In this document: positions 1 through 7,900 of the stretch, in pieces | Layout of the letters: the number at the start of each line of letters is the position of its first letter | How positions within the stretch are numbered: position 1 is the stretch's first letter | Origin: Azolla caroliniana | Lineage: Eukaryota; Plantae; Polypodiophyta | DNA: 18,713 nt | Direction of reading: 5' to 3' | Assembly (NCBI GenBank): GCA_043228905.1 | Contig: JBHGNT010000635.1 | Location: 1 to 18,713 of the forward strand | Translations under genes and position numbers: made by a program | The notes under the pieces: generated by a model | Database searches by the model: none | What the model was told of the DNA's origin: nothing | What the model saw: only the letters and a program-made list of their open reading frames with translations

Positions 1-738
1 ATCAATGGGTTTCAGGAATCATGTCACACACATGATGGATCGTGGCAACAAAATGCATATAATTTAGACGAACAGAATGAAGACGAAGAAGAAGATGATG
101 GTGATGATGATGATGGAGGAAAAGCTCATAGGATGCTACACATGAATGCACATAATGAAAGAGGTAAGCATGCAAAAAATCCTAATAATGATGATGATGA
201 CAATGACAATGACAATGACAATGGTGAAGATGATGAGAGGGAAGGAAATCAGAAGTCGCCATCATCATCCTCGATACAAAAAGAAGATGTGTCTTCTTCA
301 TCGTCATCGGCGAAGCCTCATTCTTGGAAAGAGGAGACGAAGAAGAAGAAGACGAAGAAGAAGAAGAAACTACATGACTATATGTGTTGTAGATGTGCAT
401 CGAGATTCACGGTGGATTGTGCAGCAGTATGTTGTTGCCCTTTGGCACTGGTTCATCTTGCGGCACTCACATTCATAAGGCTGCCTGCATCATTGCTATG
501 GAGAATGCTTGTGAATCTGAAGTCCCGGATGTGTGTCAAGAGACCTCCGACTGAAGATGTGGAGTTTGACGAAGGAAGCTCTGTGAGAAGACCCAATGGA
601 AACTTTAACAATGGTAAAGAAAATGATGGTCTTGAACCTTCATCTCATCGTATCATTCGATTTGAGAGTCAAAAGTTATGGCAACACTTTGGGACCGGAG
701 ACTTGGATTTTGGAGGCTTCACCATGAGAGGAGACTGA
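1..738 (+). CDS. Plant uncharacterized Cys-rich protein (DCAAVCCCP motif family, 'pollen-preferential/expressed protein'-like), 5'-truncated by the window edge
   Basis: Frame 1 is open from base 1 (INGFQESCHTHDG...EDEEEDDGDDDDGGKAHR) into the 133..738 ORF, so the true start is probably upstream. Acidic, Ser and Lys tracts precede CCRCASRFTVDCAAVCCCPLALVHLAALTFIRLP and a C-terminal ESQKLWQHFGTGDLDFGGF, which resemble a plant family with a CxAxCCCP + hydrophobic helix + W..F..G.L.FG tail. Family recognised from memory, not searched. Confidence 0.72.
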   Translation: MNGFQESCHTHDGSWQQNAYNLDEQNEDEEEDDGDDDDGGKAHRMLHMNAHNERGKHAKNPNNDDDDNDNDNDNGEDDEREGNQKSPSSSSIQKEDVSSSSSSAKPHSWKEETKKKKTKKKKKLHDYMCCRCASRFTVDCAAVCCCPLALVHLAALTFIRLPASLLWRMLVNLKSRMCVKRPPTEDVEFDEGSSVRRPNGNFNNGKENDGLEPSSHRIIRFESQKLWQHFGTGDLDFGGFTMRGD

Positions 739-1576
739 CGACTAATCATCAAAGAAAGAGTAATTTTTCTGTGTGTGGGAGATTTGTGGCCATTTTGCTT
801 TTCTATTAATCTTTTGTTGTCCAGAGATATCAATTTGTTTGATCATAAATTAGTGATGGCATAATCTAGTTGGTGATGGTGCTAGTTGTGTTTCTCAAAT
901 CGTGACATTCTGGGAGGAATGAAAGTATGCTTAGAGAATGGATAGAATGGATAGAATGGACATGGTATTGAAAATGGAAGTTCCTTGCAACATGAAGTTC
1001 GAACTTTTCTCACAAAATGCAGGAGACCATGTATGTCCAAATATATGTATATGGCTTCAAAGCTGTTAATTATTTGGGTCAAATGGGAAAGATGTACATG
1101 AAACAAGCAAAAGATCTGTACCACAGTCTTCTGGTAATGAAAAATGAAACATCTCATGCTGTTGGTATTGTATTGATAGCTTGCTTCAGAGGTCCATTTT
1201 TCGATCGAGAGAAGCTTTGATATTGTTCGGATTGGATGCAACAAAGAATATCAAATATATGCCAAATGATGTCACATATATCTGTGCATTTTGAAAGCAT
1301 GCTGGCACAATATACAACATAGAATTTGAGAAATTCTCATGCCAAACTCCCAGGAAGCATTCCACAAATGCATGTTGCTTTATGTCGGCTGATTTTTGAT
1401 ACAGCAAATGTGGATCAGTTATAGACGAATGGAAAATTATCTATCCAATATCTGGTTGTTTAGAATTCTTTGGTCTCTTAACATACATGGAACTTGGATT
1501 GCTCAAGGGTGTATACTTCACCAACATGTTGAAAAGATGCAATAAGATGGGCTATCAATCAATATATGTTATTTCA

Positions 1577-1664
1577 TTTGTATTGAAAAGGGGTACAATG
1601 CAATATTTGTATTGAAAGGGGTTACAATGTAATTGTTTGTATTTAAAAGGGGTACAATGCAATG
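1577..1664. repeat. Tandem repeat, 3 copies of ~29-30 bp (tttgtattgaaaaggggtacaatgcaat)
   Basis: Copies at 1577-1605, 1606-1635 and 1636-1664, directly visible, no spacers. Confidence 0.85.
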
Positions 1665-1819
1665 TTAAGTATATGGAATCAGAAATTTCTGCCTACAGGA
1701 CCTTTCCATACTGTTTCTTCTCTCTTCTTTCTTTTGTGGTCAATCACCGTGGAATCAGGGATCAAGCTCTGCTCAGCTTTCTTCCTATCTCTTCTTGGCC
1801 AGTAAGCAAATATTTGGGT

Positions 1820-1894
1820 GGGCCTGTAGGCTCAGGGGAATAGAGCACGTGGCCACGAACCACGGTATTGGGGGTTCGAATCCCTCCTCACCCA
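1820..1894 (+). tRNA. trnR-ACG: Plastid-type tRNA-Arg(ACG) copy, probably a non-functional nuclear plastid insertion (NUPT)
   Basis: GGGCCTGTAG(G)CTCAGGGGAATAGAGCACGTGGCCACGAACCACGGTATTGGGGGTTCGAATCCCTCCTCACCCA closely matches the land-plant chloroplast trnR-ACG as I recall it. Anticodon stem CGTGG/CCACG, ACG anticodon and T-loop GTTCGAATC are present. It carries an extra G, C at position 33, and acceptor/variable-region mismatches. Confidence 0.85.
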
Positions 1895-2411
1895 CAAGAA
1901 ACCAATCCAAACACTTAGAATTTGAATGAATCTCAATCTTGATGTGATTGCCTAGATGCAATCAAAATGAATGCCAAGGTTGTCCACACATGGATATGAG
2001 AGAATCCATCATTGGTCGTGGGTATGTGGACCTAGGCCTTGATGAAATGGTACTTGCTTATTTTGAAAAGAATGCCAAATAATTCACAATGAATGCAAAA
2101 AACACATTCTTGAATGCTGTCCTTATATTATGTCATTCATTTCTTGTGAAGAATCCTATTGTGTCATGTATGAAATGTTTTAATGTGTTTTTCCATCCAT
2201 TGAGCTACAAATTTGGTTAATGGATATGTTTTACTGGTGCAAGGATACTTAAGCTGTGAACTAAGTAATGGAAAATACACCTTTCTGAACTGAATTTGTT
2301 TGCATGGAAGACTATTGTAGAACTTGACACACAATCTTTTCAATGTGCAATGGCACTTGATAGGAGATAAATTGCACCTTATATCTCCTTGTTAAACACA
2401 TAGAAATGGAA

Positions 2412-2468
2412 ATCTAATGAGTGGGAGATAGATAGATAGATAGATTATATTATCTAATGAGTGGGAGA
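2412..2468. repeat. 17-bp direct repeat (atctaatgagtgggaga) flanking a (GATA)n tract
   Basis: Identical copies at 2412-2428 and 2452-2468 with tagatagatagatagattatatt between them. Confidence 0.8.
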
Positions 2469-3419
2469 AAGGAAGGAATGTTGAATGCTTACGTTAAAGG
2501 GGTTAATTATGAATCTTATACGGATTGTCGTTGAGACCTTGAAAGTGGAGAGATGTTTCTTATTGATTTGTCACGTTAATGATCAAATCTCGTGGAAATG
2601 TGATGCATCCATGATATGTAGTTAGTGGTTACATGTACCAAAATTCGTGAGATTAGAAAATGATTATCTCAAGAGATATTGTCAAATCGATATGATGATG
2701 ATTTAGCATTAGAAACTATTTCTCATAATTCTTCGAACTCCGAATGAATAGATAAGATTCATGAGCTTAGATGAGCAAACTTCTTGCATACTTAAGACAT
2801 AGTGGTGTAGTTAAAATATCCACCAAGGTGTGTTAGGTTAGGCTTGTTGTAAATATTATTTGCATTTCTACTTTGAGATTGTGCACACTAGCATATATGC
2901 TCCTACAAATATGGATTTACAATCGCTTTGATAACCCTATAGTTACTATCTCTTTTAAATATAAAACAATGCCCTTTGATCTCATCACCATGCTTCCATT
3001 TTTGCACAAACAACAGCTGAAAGTTTTCTGATCAACTTTTGTTTTTTGTAAAACTAATGTCGTTGGTGGGAAATCATCATTGTGAGGGAAGAGGATTCTC
3101 AAAGAGAAATTGCAAAGGAGCAATCAATTTACTAGACATATCATGTCTCTATCTTATTATCTGACAAAAATACATATCATGCTACCTCTACAATGTAATT
3201 GACACATGATATATATCATATTGCTCTTGTTGCTATTAGATGTCTCGCCTACAAAAACTCATAATGTTGTTTTCTAGTTGATAATGTAGTGGCAATATCC
3301 TTATAATAAAAACCAATAAGAAGATCAAACCTTGAAAAACTTGTGGTAACAATGACAATCGAACATGAAGATGATCTTAATTCAATTGTTTATTTCGATT
3401 AGGGGTTGTAGATTTGGGA

Positions 3420-4310
3420 GATGTGGTTGATAATGATCTCAAAGGTTGTTGAAATGTGAAAATGTCAAACGATGTTATGTACATATATCATCCAATTTAT
3501 GGATTTGGGAGAAATTAAAAGATATACCATTCTTGCGTGGATCTTTGCAAATGGAAACAAATATTTCACCTTGGGTGGATTGACAAATACCGAATGGTGA
3601 AGAGGATGGTGCACACTTGTTACAGGTCACTACAAATATATTGTATCATCGTGTAATGGTATCATTATCTTGGCTATCACCTAAAGTAGAAAAGGTGTGG
3701 AATGCATGTAAGTGGAATGCAAGGTGGTGGCATATATATAACAATGTGGTTGACATTCCCATTTGCCATTTCGTGCATAGGTATTCATGTCGACAATCAT
3801 GATTGGTGGGCTCCCATTAGGTTCAGTCTTAAAGAAACGAGGACTAGGGTCAGGTACGTGCTTCTTTTGCACCATTCCATTGGAGGGCAATACACATAGG
3901 TTCATTAAATGTCCTATAGCGCGGATCATTTGGAAGTACTTATCAAACATTTAGTAAGCTTAAACCCCCTATTACTTGAGGCCTCAACAATGGGGTTTTT
4001 TCTTAGTATGTTCAAAAATGGTCCAAATGACAAGGTGGAGATATTGTTCCAATGTTTACGATATTGGGGATTGCAACACAATTGGATATATGCATAAGGC
4101 ATTCATGTTTGATAGTAGACATGGGATGGGGTGAAAGCCTATATGAAGAAGTTGAAAGGCATTCTTATGTGGAATTTCTGCATGTTAGAGCATGTGGGGA
4201 TCATCATTTCCTCAAGTGCACATCGAGGTTTTCTAATGGCTTTTACAAGATGTCCCTCTCTCCCTGGGCGGAGAAGACTAAGAAGTTGTAACAAGTGGAT
4301 TTTACATACA
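3420..4310 (+). mobile_element. L1-like LINE 3' remnant (zf-RVT region of ORF2), degenerate
   Basis: Translation around 3800-3955 gives IGGLPLGSVLKKRGLGSGTCFFCTIPLEGNTHRFIKCPIARIIWKYLSNI*, the C-x2-C..H-x4-C..W zinc finger at the end of plant L1 ORF2. It is followed by LRYWGLQHNW-like residues. Multiple stops and frameshifts; boundaries approximate. Confidence 0.7.
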
Positions 4311-4388
4311 GTTAGTATAAATTGTGTGCTTTTAGAGAGAGAGAGAGAGATTTTAATGTCCATGGGAGTTTGCTCTAGAGGTTTCGTA

Positions 4389-4616
4389 GAGAGCAAGCGC
4401 AAGAGCAAAGAGCAAAGAGCAAAGAGCAAAGAGCAAAGAGCAAAGAGCAAAAAAGCAAAGCAAAAAGCAAAAAAGCAAGAGCAAAGAGCAAAGAGCAAAG
4501 AGCAAAAAGCAAAGCAAAAAGCAAAAAAGCAAGAGCAAAGAGCAAAACGCAAGGCAAAAAGCAAAAAATGCAAGACAGAGACAAAAAAAAAAGCAAGAGC
4601 AAAAGGCCAAAAAGCA
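4389..4616. repeat. Purine-rich minisatellite of (AAAGAGC)/(AAAAAGC) units with a GCAA core
   Basis: Run of agcaaag heptamers grading into variant units, essentially T-free on the + strand until ~4568. A ~43-bp block (aaaaagcaaagcaaaaagcaaaaaagcaagagcaaagagcaaa) occurs twice. Preceded by an (AG)n tract at ~4334-4350. Confidence 0.9.
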
Positions 4617-4694
4617 GGAGAGAGGAGGGAGAGGGGTATGGGCGATGGAATATCGGAAAACTGAGATTCGCAGAGGAGACGAAGAAGATCCGAC

Positions 4695-4718
4695 GGCCCA
4701 CGACCTCTCCCGCCAAAA
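4695..4718. promoter_or_regulatory. Site II (GGCCCA) and E2F-binding motif (TTTTGGCGGGAGA on the - strand) in the CDC7 promoter
   Basis: ggccca at 4695-4700. tctcccgccaaaa at 4706-4718, whose reverse complement contains TTTGGCGG (E2F consensus TTTSSCGS). Lies ~230 bp upstream of the CDC7 ATG, as expected for a G1/S replication gene. Confidence 0.6.
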
Positions 4719-4790
4719 CCACCCCATCTCTCTCTCTCCTTTCTTTTGGTTTTTCTGATCTTCTTCTCCAAAAAACAAAAACAGAAAAAA

Positions 4791-4940
4791 CTCTCTCTCT
4801 CTCTCTCTCTCTCTCAGAGACTGACGATCGACGACGATCGACGCAGAAGAGAAGGCGAAGAAGAAGCTTTCTGCTCCTGCTGCTCCTGCTCCTGCTCCTG
4901 CTTCTTTTGATCCAGCTTCTCCTACAGCTGCTGCTGCTGC
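4791..4940. repeat. (CT)n, (CTGCTC)n and (CTG)n microsatellites in the CDC7 5' leader
   Basis: (CT)n at ~4791-4815, ctgctc x5 at ~4871-4900, ctg x4 at 4928-4939. Confidence 0.85.
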
Positions 4941-4948
4941 ATTCTTCC

Positions 4949-7900
4949 ATGGCGGCGGCGGTTCCCTCCTCCTCCCCCCAGGAGGAGTCCCTGATGACCA
5001 GCGACCGCGCCTGGATCCTCGTCGGCCTCCTCCTCCGCCATGGCTCCTCCTCCTCCCCTTCCCAGCTCTCCCGCCGCTCCCCTCCCCTCGGCTTCACCCC
5101 TCCGGAGATCCAATGGCTCTGCACCCTCCCTTTCTCCCCCCTCAGCCTCTCCCGAAACGGCGACGTCACCTTCTCCCCTTTCCTTTTCGACCTCTTCGAT
5201 GCCGCCAAGCACAGGTACGCCCCCCCCTCTGCACCTTTCCTGTTCCAAGACTGCTCATTCTCGTCGCCGCTTCCCAAGGAAATGCCGCTTCCCCTCCCTA
5301 GACTTCTATGCTTCTCTCCATCTTCGAGAATATTGTCAGAAACGCAAGAGGATCTTCATGAATCTCATCTTATAACCTATGGATTCCAGACGGACTCGAA
5401 CCTCTCCACCAATCCACATGGTAAGCTTTTCCCTCAGAAAAGATGTATTCAGGAAACACCTCTCTCTCCAAGGAAGAAAGCAAACGTTTCAATAACAATG
5501 AATTCTCGTCCATCTGGCATGAACGATTTGTCTGAGAAGAGGTGTTCAAACGCAACTGACATAGAAGTAGAGGATTCAAATGCTTCAAGTTTATCTTTGG
5601 ACATTGAGAAAGCTTATAAGTTCCCTACACAATTGGAAAGGAAGCAATATCGAAATATGAATAAACAATGTTATGCAGCGGAATCATCCACTGCTGCATC
5701 TTTAGTAAATATCAAAATAGAACTTGATCCCTTTGTATCTATGGTAGCAATGACATCTAATAAAACAATCCCTATAAACGGAAGGTGTAATTTTGAGAAA
5801 TCTATTGTGCCAGACTGTATGGATGATAAGTCAATTCTTTACGGTTCAGTTATTACGGAAATACCGAATGATGTAGATCTCAATGTGGCCCAAACAACAA
5901 TGCATACTTCATCGGCGGAGACAGTAATGAATACAAGCATGTTAGTGGCAGATGTAAATCTACTGGGAAATCAAGTGTGCACAGACGGTAGTGTTAATGC
6001 TTTGAAAGAGTCCATTGATCATTCTATGAATCAGAAATGGCAGATGGAGATTGGACTGGAGAATCTTGATATTGATGTAAATGCTACCATCAGTCCTCAG
6101 AATATGAAGGAAGCAAAGATGAGGAGTAAGGCAACAAAGTTACCAAAGAAACCAGAGAATGCTAAGCAAGCGAGCAAGTTAGGCAAGCGAAAGAAAGCAA
6201 GTGGCCATCCAAGAAGCCAAGAGACAGGCCTTGCTTGCTTTCCAGTAATGGAAACTTGTTCAAGTCAGGTATTTTTATGGCTAGGCCTAATTAATGTACA
6301 TGGGAGGTTGTTAAGCATGTCATTACATTACTCATAGACACACATAGTCTCTCTCTCTAGTGTTACCATATGTTTTCAGGGTGTTCCACAGTAAAGATGC
6401 CTTTCTTTCATTTATTCATATGCACACATTTGATTTCATTAAATTTAAGATGACTTCTGGAAACAAATTATGAAAAATTGTTCAAGTCAGGTTCCTATTG
6501 GGCCAATTAGTGTACTTGGGGAATGCTAGGCATGTTTATTACATTGACATACACACTGTCTTTATAATTGTATATAGACTGATGCTTAACATTCCCCATT
6601 TAGTGCATTTGGGGAATGCTAGGCATGTTTATTACATTGACATACACACTGTTTTTATAATTGTATATAGACTGATGTACACATTTGGTCTCATATCCCA
6701 TCCCTTTGGAAAGATTTCTTTGGTTACTATAGAGATACATTATTCCATAGTCGGTCACTCTCATACTAAATCCATTAATATATATATATATATATATATA
6801 TTCCTAGACTGTTGATTATATAAACTCTATCAGTAAAGTCCTCACTATCTTTTAATGATTTTGTAGCCACTTGATGACAAATTGCCTTCCTTTGAAGGAT
6901 TTATTGTGGAGTCCATTGAAGGATCGGGTACATACACTCATTCAAGCTATGTTAGTGAAATTGTTTAATGATCAATAACAATAGAAATATTGATCAAGTC
7001 TTGTATCTTCTGCAGGGGGTTATGGCACAGTATATAAAGCAATGAGTAAAATTGATGGCAAACTACGTGCAATAAAGTGTGAGCATCTCTGAATGGAGTC
7101 AAAACTCTTATATTAATATTTTAATCTCAACATCTAAGTCATTTTTTCTAATTGGTACTAATGTTGTTTGTAGATCCCTATGAGAAAACCTCTAGTAAAT
7201 ATGTGCAAAACGAAATCAAGGTGCTACAAAAATATGGGTGAGTTAGTTACTGATTTCTTGGGCCACTGCAGTGTTAAGGTGGATTCCATTGAATTTTTTT
7301 TTTGAATTCTCACATCTTATTTGCATTTTGTAGTGGCCACAATTATATTCCTCGATGTGTAGATGTAATAGAGGAGTCTGGCCGACAGTGCCTTGTTTTA
7401 GAATATGTAGAACATGAAAAACCTGAGGTGAATATGTTATGTGAATTTTTTATACTTTCTAATCCTAAACAAGTAACTTATGAAGTACTTTTTTCATTTT
7501 TAAGGTCTTGAAGAAAGAGATTACAATCTCGGAGTTGCAGACATACGGGTTTTCCCTTTTCAAAGCTTTGGATTACCTCCATAGCAAGGTGTGTTGACCA
7601 CCTTGAAATATACAGTGATTTATGTTCTTACCTTTCTGAGCTAATTTCGTGTATATGCTTTCCTTTTTGAACTATTTGTGGTTATAAACTAGTCTCCCTG
7701 ATCTATTGGCTGTTGTCTGCTTTACCTTTTCTCAGTGATTTTTGTTTATTTTGCGTTTATGTGCTTGCCTTTTCCTAGAGTATTTTTCTTTATGTGATTT
7801 TTATTTATATGCTTGCCATTGTAAAACCAAATATGTTTATGTGCTTGTCTTAGGGTTTTGTGCATGGTATTCACATTGTTGCAAACGTGTGCAGGGAGTC

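Larger units (their letters stand above)
900..2403 (+). pseudogene. Degenerate PLS-class pentatricopeptide repeat (PPR) gene ending in an E domain
   Basis: Frameshifted and stop-interrupted PPR fragments in order: HKMQE..YVYGFKAV..LG..KQAKDLYH..VGIVLI (~1010-1180); PNDVTYIC/ILKAC (~1262-1302); YSKCGSVIDE (~1399-1428); VV*NSLVS; EKMQ*DG (~1531-1551). After the insertion: SIIGRGYVDLGLDEMVLAYFEK (~2005-2070), PSIE, and E-domain-like MENTPF/LNLFAWKTIVELDTQSFQCAMALDRR*IAPYISLLNT* (to 2403; compare MPFxPNLxxWxTxL..VELGxxAFxCAxxLD...AYVLMSNxY). 5' boundary approximate. Confidence 0.7.

Noticed and set aside
146-478. Alternative-frame ORFs with poly-Met/Thr, poly-Arg and poly-Ser/His
   Set aside because: Shadows of trinucleotide and hexanucleotide repeats in the real CDS.
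1577-1664. ~29-bp repeats with weak internal palindrome (TTGTA...TACAA), superficially CRISPR-like
   Set aside because: Head-to-tail with no spacers, eukaryotic context and no cas genes.
2470-3400. AT-rich stretch with short acatatcatg repeats and a 68-aa minus-strand ORF
   Set aside because: No identifiable motif, TIR or coding signature. Probably decayed intergenic or TE sequence.
4568-4948. 127-aa N-terminal extension of CDC7 with an Arg-rich then poly-Leu 'signal anchor'
   Set aside because: The ATG lies inside the repeat array upstream of the promoter motifs, and the Leu run comes from (CTGCTC)n. The ATG at 4949 (ccATGGCG) has good context and directly precedes the conserved domain.
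4131-5277. Overlapping ORFs 4131..4664(+), 4139..4771(-), 4353..4778(-) and 4375..5277(-) with KEQRAKS or FALCSLL repeats
   Set aside because: They are translations of the T-free minisatellite and the GC-rich antisense of CDC7, and are stop-free for compositional reasons.
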